This document shows positions 1 to 8,066 of a stretch of DNA of 64,000 nucleotides, piece by piece; position 1 is the first letter of the stretch; each line of letters starts with the position of its first letter. The DNA is from an uncultured Candidatus Saccharibacteria bacterium (lineage in GTDB: Bacteria > Patescibacteriota > Doudnabacteria > UBA920). Under the pieces are notes generated by a model. That model did not search any database. It saw nothing but the letters and a program-made list of their open reading frames with translations, and had not been told where the DNA came from. The stretch spans positions 42,386 through 106,385 of the forward strand of contig CAZFTX010000001.1 of assembly GCA_964521955.1 (NCBI GenBank), given 5' to 3'. Both the position numbers and the translations under genes were made by a program.

Positions 1-112
1 GCTCAATTGATTCCTTAAGACTTGCCAACAATTTTTCTTCATAAGCCAAGGTTTTTATTTCCGCTTGCAACATTCCGTGCTGTGCCTCTCCATCGAATAA
101 ACCTTCTCCCAC
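1..112 (-). CDS. partial hypothetical ORF running off the window start (start uncertain)
   Basis: Stop-free frame VGEGLFDGEAQHGMLQAEIKTLAYEEKLLASLKESIE from GTG at 112; the nearby ATG at 131 is out of frame by one base in an A-run. Confidence 0.35.
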   Translation of the reverse strand, partial: MGEGLFDGEAQHGMLQAEIKTLAYEEKLLASLKESIE

Positions 113-140
113 ATTTTTGATTTTTATCCATAAAATTAAT

Positions 141-1808
141 TTATTTCTTTGTCTTAACCACCGCTTTCATAAAACCATTAAACAAAGGGTGAGGGTTTAA
201 GGGGCGAGACTGAAACTCCGGGTGAAACTGACTTCCCACGAAAAAGGGATGGTCTTTTATTTCAATTATTTCTACCAGCTTACCGTCTGGGGTAGTACCG
301 GAAATAACCAAACCTGCTTCCACAAGCTTTTCCCTAAACTCGTTATTAAACTCATAACGATGGCGGTGGCGCTCGGAAATTTTGGCTTTGCCGGTCTTTT
401 TAATCAAACCTTGTTCTAAGTAAGCTTTTTCAGTTTTAGTCCCTCTGGCAATTACGCAGTCCCAAGCCCCAAGGCGCATGGTAGCCCCATATTCGCGGTT
501 TAAGAGCATTTTTTCCTGTTCAGGCATAATGTGTATGACCGGGTTAGAACTGTTTACGTCTACCTCAGTTGTGTTGGAATTTTTTAGTTTAGCTACATTT
601 CTGGCAAACTCAATAGTTGCCATTTGCATACCGTAACAAAGTCCTAAGTAAGGCACGCTGTGTTCACGGGCATACCTTATAGCTTCTATCATTCCCTCTG
701 TTCCCCTACTCCCAAACCCCCCCGGTACAACAATACCGTCAAAACCTTTTAAAATATTTTTTGCACCTTCTTTTTCTACTTTCACCGAGTCTATCCAAAC
801 TAAATTGGCTTTAACTTTGTTATTCCAAGAAGCATGCTTAATTGACTCAATAACCGAAACGTAAGAATCACTAAGCTGAAACTTACCTACGCCAAAATAT
901 TTTCCCACCACTGCAATATTTACTTCTTTTCTCAGACTCTTAATTCCGGAAACAAGTTTACGCCATTCTTTTAAGTCTTGCTTTCTTGGCTTAAGTTCTA
1001 ACTTTTGTAAAATTAATTCAGCGGCGTGCTGTTGTTCTAAAATTACCGGGACTTCGTAAATACTGGAAACATCCGGGTTAGAAAGCACGGCTTTTTTGTC
1101 TACATTACAAAACAACGCCACCCGCTCTTTACGCCTGTCGTCCACAGGAACACTGCTTCTACCGACAATTATGTCCGGCTCAATTCCCATGGAATTCAAC
1201 ATCCGCACCGACTGTTGAACCGGCTTAGACTTCATTTCCCCTAAATAAGAAGGTATGGGCAAGTAAGCTACATGAATATGAAGTATATCTTTTGGATTCC
1301 TCAATTTCATAATTCGAGTAGCTTCAAAAAAAATAGCATTTTGATATTCACCCACAGTACCACCCAATTCAACTATACAAAAATCATAACCTTTCCCGGC
1401 AACAGTCCATCTGCGAATTATTTCGTCGGTTACATGGGGTATTGCTTCTACGTCTTCTCCGTTATATTCAAAAGCACGTTCTTTTCTTAAAACTTCTGCG
1501 TAAATTTGCCCGGTGGTTATGTAATTAGCTTTATGAATCGGTTGGTCAATAAACCTTTCATAATGGCCCAAATCCTGGTCAGTTTCCATGCCGTCTTCGG
1601 TTACAAACACTTCCCCATGCTCTTGCGGACGAATGGTCCCGGCGTCCTGGTTTAAATACATGTCCACTTTAACCGGACTGACTGAAAAACCTTTACTTTT
1701 TAAAATCACCGCTATTGAAGCAGAGGTAATCCCTTTACCAATACCGGAAATAACCCCACCTGAAACAAAAATAAACTTTGTATTTTTTTTTGTGATTTTT
1801 TTCGCCAT
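141..1808 (-). CDS. pyrG: CTP synthase
   Basis: GGVISGIGKG N-terminus, ELGGTVG, PGGFGSRG, GLCYGMQ, ERHRHRYE, QFHPEF. Confidence 0.98.
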   Translation of the reverse strand: MAKKITKKNTKFIFVSGGVISGIGKGITSASIAVILKSKGFSVSPVKVDMYLNQDAGTIRPQEHGEVFVTEDGMETDQDLGHYERFIDQPIHKANYITTGQIYAEVLRKERAFEYNGEDVEAIPHVTDEIIRRWTVAGKGYDFCIVELGGTVGEYQNAIFFEATRIMKLRNPKDILHIHVAYLPIPSYLGEMKSKPVQQSVRMLNSMGIEPDIIVGRSSVPVDDRRKERVALFCNVDKKAVLSNPDVSSIYEVPVILEQQHAAELILQKLELKPRKQDLKEWRKLVSGIKSLRKEVNIAVVGKYFGVGKFQLSDSYVSVIESIKHASWNNKVKANLVWIDSVKVEKEGAKNILKGFDGIVVPGGFGSRGTEGMIEAIRYAREHSVPYLGLCYGMQMATIEFARNVAKLKNSNTTEVDVNSSNPVIHIMPEQEKMLLNREYGATMRLGAWDCVIARGTKTEKAYLEQGLIKKTGKAKISERHRHRYEFNNEFREKLVEAGLVISGTTPDGKLVEIIEIKDHPFFVGSQFHPEFQSRPLNPHPLFNGFMKAVVKTKK

Positions 1809-1869
1809 AAATGTGTTTGTTATTCCTGACTTAATTAGAAATCTTAAATATTGATTAATTTAGATTAAA

Positions 1870-2091
1870 CTATTCCTGAATATCGTTTAATTGAATTTGG
1901 TTAGTTCTTACTCTATGCACAGGCAAAGCACCTTCCGTCTCCAAATACAGCTGATTGCGGTAGTAATTCTGCGTAATGTACAACACAATTAAAACTGCTC
2001 CGCTGGCAATGAAGGTAAAAATTAAAACTAAAAACAAGTTTTTTAAACGAGTATTCTCTATGGGTAAATTTGGTTTTATTGAGTCTATCAT
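1870..2091 (-). CDS. small single-TM hypothetical protein
   Basis: 73-aa ORF co-oriented with neighbours, one hydrophobic segment. Confidence 0.55.
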   Translation of the reverse strand: MIDSIKPNLPIENTRLKNLFLVLIFTFIASGAVLIVLYITQNYYRNQLYLETEGALPVHRVRTNQIQLNDIQE

Positions 2092-2137
2092 TTTTGTATG
2101 ATTCCTTCTTAAACTTAAAAAAGTAATATTTTCTATT

Positions 2138-2584
2138 CTACAAAGCTTCTACATTAATTTTTACACTTGCTAAAACCCCGGGAGCTAGCTTTATTTTTAT
2201 AGTATGCTCACCTAAAGTTTTTATTGGCGAAGCAATTTCTATTTGGCTTTTTTCAAACTCAGTTGAATGCTTACTGTTTACCGCTACAACAATTTCTTTT
2301 TCATGAACCGCCCCAAAAATTTGACCTTTAGCCCCCACTTTTACCTTTACAGAAAAAGTCTTTTTTTCTAAGTCTTGTTTTAAACTTTGGGCGTTTAAAA
2401 TTTGTTTCTGCTTTTTAGCCTCTTGTTCCTTAGCTTCTTTATTTAAACGGTTTTGCATGTCCACAGTAGCAACCTGAGCAAAACCTTTAGCAATTAAGAA
2501 GTTCTTGGCAAAACCATCCGAAACTTCTTTAACTTCCCCTCTCCTACCCTGATTTGGTGTGTCTTTTAAAAAAATTACTTTCAT
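2138..2584 (-). CDS. rplI: 50S ribosomal protein L9
   Basis: MKVIFLKD...GEVKEVSDGFAKNFLI, IFGAV, IKTLGEH. Confidence 0.97.
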   Translation of the reverse strand: MKVIFLKDTPNQGRRGEVKEVSDGFAKNFLIAKGFAQVATVDMQNRLNKEAKEQEAKKQKQILNAQSLKQDLEKKTFSVKVKVGAKGQIFGAVHEKEIVVAVNSKHSTEFEKSQIEIASPIKTLGEHTIKIKLAPGVLASVKINVEAL

Positions 2585-2762
2585 ATAAATATAAGCCCAA
2601 TAAATTAAAAAATCTCGCCATGTGCGAGAGTCCGTTTAGCCCATTTACCTCAAACAACTTTTGGGCTCTTTTCTAGTATACTTAAATTTTAAAATAATGC
2701 AAATGTTATCCGCTGATACGCTGATTACTGCAGATTACACAGATTTTAGATAAAACTTTTAG

Positions 2763-2867
2763 AATCTGTGTATTTGCTTGTTTTTGCAACGAGGACTGTT
2801 TGAGCCCCACTCTTAATACAAAGACGGGGCGAGTTCCGCAGTAAAAAAACAAGCAAGTATATAGATT
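2763..2867 (+). repeat. 105-nt long hairpin / REP-like element
   Basis: 23-bp arms 2763-2785 and 2845-2867 whose three mismatches are all G.U on the + strand; inner GCCCC/GGGGC stem. Confidence 0.7.
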
Positions 2868-2887
2868 ATTTAAAACAAACTAAACAA

Positions 2888-3811
2888 CTATATCTTTAAA
2901 TACTTACGTATAGCCATCATTGTAGAAACTATGGATAGCAATAAAGAAATTACTATCAACATAGCCAACAAATACCAATAACTAAAAACGTTCTGATTAA
3001 AAATAGTCAGTTCGGGGTTAATGAAAATGGCCACCTTAGGCATTATGCGGGTAAACACAGGTATAAACAAAAGTGCGGTAATTACCGTAGCAAAAATACT
3101 ATAAAGCATACTTTCCACCAAAAACGGCCCGCGAATATACCAATTAGTTGCACCCACTAAACGCATAATTTCCACTTCTTCTTTACGGTTGTAGATAGTC
3201 AAAGTAATGGTGTTAAAAATAACTAAAATAGCAATTAAAGAAAAGATTCCAATTAAACCCACGCCAAAAGAAACAATAAACTTCAAAATTCTATTCAGTC
3301 TCTCAATGGCACTTCTGGTTCTTTCGTCTTCATAACTTACTTTATCAATAAAATCCTGATACTTTTGATCTTGCAAAATTTCATGAATTTGAGGATAGTC
3401 CGAAAGTTCAAAAGCTTTAACATTCAAAGTTGCAGGCAGCGGGTTTTCTGTAAGTTCATTTAAAGAAGCTTGTATGAGAGGATCGTTTGCATGTTTCACT
3501 TTGAAGTCTTCAAAAGCTTGAATCGCACTGGTATATTTTATTTCTCTCACCTTTGGGTTAGATTTAATTTCGTCCTGAATACTAAAAATCCTTTCCTCAG
3601 CAAGGCCAATTTTAAAGTAAACACTTATATCTACGGTGTTCTCTATGGTTTTAAGCGAATAACTGGTGATTGCAAAAAGTAAGAATAAAATAGAAAAAAT
3701 TACCAAAGTTATACTCATAACCATGGTTGCGGTTGCTGAAAGCCAGAGATTGCGCCAAAAATTTACAAACCCGGTTTTTATAATTCTAAAAAATGAAATA
3801 GAGTCCAACAT
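2888..3811 (-). CDS. ftsX: cell division permease FtsX
   Basis: 4 TM segments, NPLPATLNV, NTITLTIYNRKEEVEIMRLVGATNWYIRGPF; downstream of ftsE. Confidence 0.95.
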   Translation of the reverse strand: MLDSISFFRIIKTGFVNFWRNLWLSATATMVMSITLVIFSILFLLFAITSYSLKTIENTVDISVYFKIGLAEERIFSIQDEIKSNPKVREIKYTSAIQAFEDFKVKHANDPLIQASLNELTENPLPATLNVKAFELSDYPQIHEILQDQKYQDFIDKVSYEDERTRSAIERLNRILKFIVSFGVGLIGIFSLIAILVIFNTITLTIYNRKEEVEIMRLVGATNWYIRGPFLVESMLYSIFATVITALLFIPVFTRIMPKVAIFINPELTIFNQNVFSYWYLLAMLIVISLLLSIVSTMMAIRKYLKI

Positions 3812-3927
3812 AAAAAATTTCTAATTAACCTAATATCTAATTATTCTAAAGAAATCAGAAACCCAAATGTTCTAAACTTAGAGCAATTAGGTCAATTAGT
3901 CCGCCAACTGGCGGAACTTAGAATAAT

Positions 3928-4605
3928 TTACAACTTATATTTACCTTTTTCTTGCTCCAAAGTAACTTTACCGTCTTCTATGGTAATAACTCGTTTTTTT
4001 ATTTTATTTACCAAATCGGCCGCGTGAGTAGCAAGAATAACCGTGGTTCCAAGGGTATTTATTTTTAAAAGTAAATCCAAAACTTCTTGGGCGTTTATTT
4101 CGTCCAAATTACCAGTTGGTTCGTCAGCCAAAAGTAAAACCGGCCTGTGAGACAAAGCCCTGGCAATTGCAACCCTTTGCTGTTCTCCTCCCGACATTTG
4201 AGTGGGAAAACTGTCATGTTTACGAGAAAGTCCCACTAAGTCTAAAATTTTCGGAACATCTTCAATAATTTTAGACATTTTATGCCCACAAACTTCCATA
4301 GCAAAAGCTACGTTTTCAAAAGCTGTTCTTTTCGGTAAAAGCTTAATATCCTGAAAAACTACCCCAATTTTTCGCCTTAAGTAAGGTAAGTCAGTTTTTC
4401 TTACCAAAGAAATGTCTATATCGTCAATTAAAATTTTCCCCCCATCTATACCTTCTTCCCCAATTATCAACTTTAAAAGCGTGGATTTACCGGCGCCACT
4501 TCTACCCACAAGCGAAACAAACTCTCCATGATGAATGTCTAAATTCAACCCATGCAAAGCCTTGTTATTTCCGTAATGTTTAGTAACGTTTTGAAATTTT
4601 ATCAT
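3928..4605 (-). CDS. ftsE: cell division ATP-binding protein FtsE (start at ATG 4605)
   Basis: GRSGAGKST, LPYLRRKIGVVFQD, MSGGEQQRVAIAR, ADEPTGNLD. Confidence 0.95.
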   Translation of the reverse strand: MIKFQNVTKHYGNNKALHGLNLDIHHGEFVSLVGRSGAGKSTLLKLIIGEEGIDGGKILIDDIDISLVRKTDLPYLRRKIGVVFQDIKLLPKRTAFENVAFAMEVCGHKMSKIIEDVPKILDLVGLSRKHDSFPTQMSGGEQQRVAIARALSHRPVLLLADEPTGNLDEINAQEVLDLLLKINTLGTTVILATHAADLVNKIKKRVITIEDGKVTLEQEKGKYKL

Positions 4606-4614
4606 AAGAAACCA

Positions 4615-4667
4615 CTCCGACGTCCGCCAAAGGCGGAGTCCGGAGCCCCGATCCAAAGGCGTCGGGG
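4615..4667. repeat. nested short GC-rich palindromes (REP-like)
   Basis: ctccgac[g tccgccaaaggcgga]gtccggag followed by ccccgat...gtcgggg. Confidence 0.6.
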
Positions 4668-4805
4668 CAGAGACGAAGATTACACAAATACTTCAAGATG
4701 TATTATACCAAATTTATAAAAATGATAAAAGAAAATTAGGTCGCCTTTACTTAACAACAAAGTTATGATTAAAAAACTTACCGCACCAAAGTCGAAAAAG
4801 ATGCG

Positions 4806-5831
4806 TTAGTTGAGAATATTAAAAAGCTTGATTCGCTTTCTTAGGTTTTGCGACCGACAGTGTTTTAAAACCCCGAGATAAGAACTTACTGTTTGTTTTA
4901 ATTTTTCAAGACTTATCTCTTCCCGTGTAAATTTAACAATTTTTCCATCGAGCTTTCTTAACATTCTATTTTTTGCTTTAGTTCGTAGGGACTGTCTATA
5001 AGGTAAAACTACATAGCCAAGAAAGTCTATTCCACGAGTTAGCTTATTCAAAAAAATCTTTTTAGGGTGCAGATTAAGTTTTAAATTTTCAGACAGGTAC
5101 GTTTCCATCTGGGGGATCAAGCCTTCCAGATATTTTTTATTATCGCTTACCATCACGAAATCATCTGTATAGCGTATGTAATATCTTACTTTCAGTTGAT
5201 GCTTAATAAATTTATCAAAGTTGTCGAGGTAAATGTTAGCGAATATTTGTGAAGTTAAGTTGCCAATCGGCAGTCCCTTGGCTAAATTTACTTGAAAACT
5301 ATCAATAATTTGATCAAGTAATTTCAATGCATTATGATCCGTGACCCGCCGTCGCAAGAGATCTTTGAGAATCGTATGGTCAACAGAAGCAAAAAATTTT
5401 CTAATGTCACATTTTAAGTAATAACATGGGCGGCGGTAATTCTGGCTAACTCCTTTTGTAAAGTTTTCCAAACGTTTAACCGCACGGTGAGTCCCTTTTC
5501 CGATACGGCAGGAGTAAGAATCGTAAATCAAGGTATGATCGAACAACGGGTATAAATTCCGAAAGACGGCATGATGAACAATTCTGTCACATACAGTTGC
5601 TTTGTGGATCTGGCGCAACTTAGGATCAAAGATAAGAAATGACTCATAAGGCTGGTGGGTATAAGTGTGGTTGACTAATTCATGGCGTAATTGAAAAAGG
5701 TTGTCCTCGAGGTTGCGTTCAAAATTCTGAACGTCAGGCTTACCCCGTTTACCAGCTTTAAATTCCTGCCATGACAATAATAAATTATCTAAACTAGTAA
5801 TTTGTTCAAATAATGTATGAGTTACATCCAT
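4806..5831 (-). CDS. DGR reverse transcriptase (ATG 5831; alternative TTG 5852)
   Basis: DPKLRQIHKATVCDRIVHHA, YLKCDIRKFFASVDH, GLPIGNLTSQIFANIYL (DGR-type GNLxSQ), YIRYTDDFV, GIDFLGY. Confidence 0.96.
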   Translation of the reverse strand: MDVTHTLFEQITSLDNLLLSWQEFKAGKRGKPDVQNFERNLEDNLFQLRHELVNHTYTHQPYESFLIFDPKLRQIHKATVCDRIVHHAVFRNLYPLFDHTLIYDSYSCRIGKGTHRAVKRLENFTKGVSQNYRRPCYYLKCDIRKFFASVDHTILKDLLRRRVTDHNALKLLDQIIDSFQVNLAKGLPIGNLTSQIFANIYLDNFDKFIKHQLKVRYYIRYTDDFVMVSDNKKYLEGLIPQMETYLSENLKLNLHPKKIFLNKLTRGIDFLGYVVLPYRQSLRTKAKNRMLRKLDGKIVKFTREEISLEKLKQTVSSYLGVLKHCRSQNLRKRIKLFNILN

Positions 5832-6167
5832 AATGAAATTCCTATAATACAAAAAACTTACGACCTATATAAAACAAATTACGAATATACAAAAACTTTC
5901 CCAAAAAGTGATAAATACGCCTTAGGCGAAAAATCTAAAGCAATTATTTTAGAGCTGCTAGAATTGCTAGTTGAGGCAGAAAATGCCAAGCGCGAATGGA
6001 AAGAACCAATTTTGGCAAAAGCCAGCAACAAATTAGCAGTTTTAAAACTTATGTTCCGGCTCGCCAATGAAACCAAAATCTTAGACAGCAAAAAATATTT
6101 GTCTTTAACCGACAAAAGTTTGGAAGTCGGCCGGATGCTCGGCGGCTGGCTAAAATCCGTTAAGTAG
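5817..6167 (+). CDS. avd: DGR accessory variability determinant (Avd-like four-helix bundle)
   Basis: 116 aa, basic; FPKSDKYALGE, LKLMFRLA, EVGRMLGGWLKS are typical of the Avd family; lies between TR and RT. Confidence 0.88.
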   Translation: MSYIHNEIPIIQKTYDLYKTNYEYTKTFPKSDKYALGEKSKAIILELLELLVEAENAKREWKEPILAKASNKLAVLKLMFRLANETKILDSKKYLSLTDKSLEVGRMLGGWLKSVK

Positions 6168-6168
6168 C

Positions 6169-6197
6169 CAAGGGCTCGGGTAAATCCCGAACCCTTG
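6169..6197 (-). promoter_or_regulatory. 12-bp hairpin 3' of TR (candidate TR-RNA spacer structure)
   Basis: caagggttcggg-attta-cccgagcccttg on the minus strand; the one non-Watson-Crick pair is U.G on this strand only. Confidence 0.6.
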
Positions 6198-6216
6198 CGC
6201 CAAAAGAATAGACGTA

Positions 6217-6344
6217 ACGAGAAGCGACCCACGGCCGAACCGAAGTTGTGATTGGCATTATCGGTCCAGTTGTTGTCGAAGTTGAGCTTGTCATCGTTCC
6301 AGTACCAGTACAGCGAGTTGTTGAACTGGTCATCGGCATCCGGG
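6217..6344 (-). ncRNA. DGR template repeat (TR)
   Basis: 128-nt gapless match to 6745-6872; rich in AAC/AAT codons; 32 adenines in the sense strand. Confidence 0.95.
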
Positions 6345-6677
6345 TGATTGTCTGGCTTCATCTAAAGCTGAAAAAGAAAAAATATCCTAATCCAGTCCCC
6401 AGGCCAAGCCGAGGAAAAATTTGTGGCGTCTTAAAACGCACTAAAGCCAGACAAGTAGTGTCTATCCTTTCTAAACTCACTTCTTAAAAGCAAAAGCTAT
6501 TTAAGAACTCTGGTTTAAAAAGTAAGGATTTCGGCGACCCTAATCCGTGGACAAGAGTGCATTAGCCTAATTTCCTTTTAAGTATACAGTAATTGTGGAT
6601 AACTAAAAAATTTTGCGAAGCAAGTATCAAGTATAGAAACATATGCAGAGGAAGTAATAAAATTTAAACAAAACAAA

Positions 6678-6729
6678 AGGACTTGGGAATCAAGAATCAA
6701 AAACAAATAGATTCATGATCCCAAGTCCT
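6678..6729 (-). terminator. hairpin 13 nt after the target stop codon (terminator and/or DGR homing hairpin)
   Basis: Perfect 11-bp arms aggacttggga/tcccaagtcct, extendable to about 20 bp, followed by TTTTGTTTTGTTT on the minus strand. Confidence 0.75.
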
Positions 6730-6742
6730 AAGTATCGAGCGA

Positions 6743-7864
6743 CTACGAGAAGCGACCCACGGCCGAACCGAAGCAGTGAAAGGCATCATCGGCCCAACCG
6801 CTGCCGAAGCCGAGCTCGTCATCGCTCCAGTACCAGAACAGCGAGTCGACGAACTGGTCATCGGCAACCGGGGCGTAGCTGTTAGCCGGGCAGTCGATGC
6901 CTAGGTACTCGAACTTCGACATCCGGTCGGGCTGAGTAGCTATAGTGCTGCCGGTCATGATGCAGTCCTGGGGGAATTGGTTCTCCGCAAGAACGACCTT
7001 GACCCGGGACAGCCGTACCGAATGGCCGCTGTAGCTGTTGCCGGTGTTGGCACCGGCCGGAGCGAAGCAGAAGTCATCGTCCGTGGTCTCATGGAGTTTC
7101 TGCCACGTGATGATGCCTGCGGGTGTGAGCCGGACGTACTGGGCCGAAAGCTGCCCGTCGCGCCTGTTCTTGAAGCCGTGCTTGCCGAAAACCTTGCGGT
7201 AGGCCTTGCCGACTTCGGGAACGAAGTTGGCGACAACGGAGGCATAGGCTTCGCGTCCTTCGTCCGTGGTAGCGAGCGGATCGCCTTTGATGCCAAACAA
7301 CTTGGCCAGCGTGGAAAGCTTAAACCAGATCGGGATACCTTCGGTACCTTCTCCGGCCTTGGCTTCCTTGGCGAGCTTGAGGGCGGTGGCGACATTCAGC
7401 GTGGTCTTGGAGCCGAACATGTCGCGAGCGAGAGCCTGGTAGGCCGAGACATCTTCTTCCACCGGCAGGTATTTCCAGTCCGGCGGCGGCGTGAAGTGCT
7501 TTTCGGTCGAGATCTCGCCGTCGTAGAGTCCGGCAATGAACGGCCGGGCAATGGCGAAGGTTTCGGGTTGCAGGAAACAGCAAGCCTCGATCTGATCGAG
7601 CAGAACGTAAAACGGCACCTCGCTAGCCATCTGGTTGAACATGCCAGGCTCGCGGGTTTCCAAAGACAGGAACTGTCCGAGGGTTTCCGGCGTCAGCCAA
7701 GTCACTTGGAACGGCAAGCTGTCCTTGTAAGCCTGGAGAGCCTTGGCCAGTTCGGCATCAAACCGCGTGTTGTCACCTTTGTTTACGCGATCGGTTGCTT
7801 GACCGAGCGTGCGCAGGAGAGACTCCCGCTGTTCCAAAGCACCCTGATTTACAGTAGCGCTCAT
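6743..7864 (-). CDS. DGR target (variable) protein, 373 aa, C-terminal VR in a probable CLec-fold domain
   Basis: AAGGAGG 6 nt before ATG 7864; last ~42 codons are the VR (…DDQFVDSLFWYWSDDELGFGSGWADDAFHCFGSAVGRFS*); GC-rich. Confidence 0.9.
   Translation of the reverse strand: MSATVNQGALEQRESLLRTLGQATDRVNKGDNTRFDAELAKALQAYKDSLPFQVTWLTPETLGQFLSLETREPGMFNQMASEVPFYVLLDQIEACCFLQPETFAIARPFIAGLYDGEISTEKHFTPPPDWKYLPVEEDVSAYQALARDMFGSKTTLNVATALKLAKEAKAGEGTEGIPIWFKLSTLAKLFGIKGDPLATTDEGREAYASVVANFVPEVGKAYRKVFGKHGFKNRRDGQLSAQYVRLTPAGIITWQKLHETTDDDFCFAPAGANTGNSYSGHSVRLSRVKVVLAENQFPQDCIMTGSTIATQPDRMSKFEYLGIDCPANSYAPVADDQFVDSLFWYWSDDELGFGSGWADDAFHCFGSAVGRFS
6745..6872 (-). repeat. DGR variable repeat (VR)
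   Basis: 20 differences from TR, 19 at TR adenines (13 A>G, 6 A>T). Confidence 0.95.
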
Positions 7865-8016
7865 GATTGACCTCCTTAGTGGTCTGTTGTGTGCAAGTTG
7901 ATTTAGCCACGAGGACAAGTCCCCGAAGCTGGTTCTCACTTCCGATGAAATGAGCGTTCCGGCTATCAAAATCGCCAGCAAGAACGCTAATTTCAAAGGT
8001 TTAAAATTAGCGTATA

Positions 8017-8045
8017 ATTATACCTGTTTTTTTAACTCCTGTCAA
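8017..8045 (-). promoter_or_regulatory. consensus sigma70 promoter of the DGR target gene
   Basis: TTGACA (8045-8040), 17 nt, TATAAT (8022-8017). Confidence 0.8.
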
Positions 8046-8066
8046 GGACTCCCTTTTCACAGAAAT

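Larger units (their letters stand above)
4806..7864 (-). mobile_element. diversity-generating retroelement cassette (target-VR / TR / avd / RT)
   Basis: RT, Avd, TR/VR pair with adenine-specific mismatches and a hairpin downstream of VR, all within about 3 kb. Confidence 0.96.

Noticed and set aside
4806-5831. RT as a group II intron or retron
   Set aside because: Short RT with no maturase/endonuclease extension, DGR-type GNLTSQ motif, and adjacent Avd and TR/VR
5879-6361. 160-aa minus-strand ORF spanning TR and antisense avd
   Set aside because: Its similarity to the target C-terminus is just the TR read in the VR frame, and the rest is the shadow of avd. No SD. Translation of TR is not excluded, but I cannot support it as a gene.
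6955-7870. Long alternative ORFs (297, 146 and 87 aa) over the DGR target, and similar ones over 62146-62743
   Set aside because: Expected shadow ORFs in GC-rich coding DNA with few stop codons; no SD or motifs
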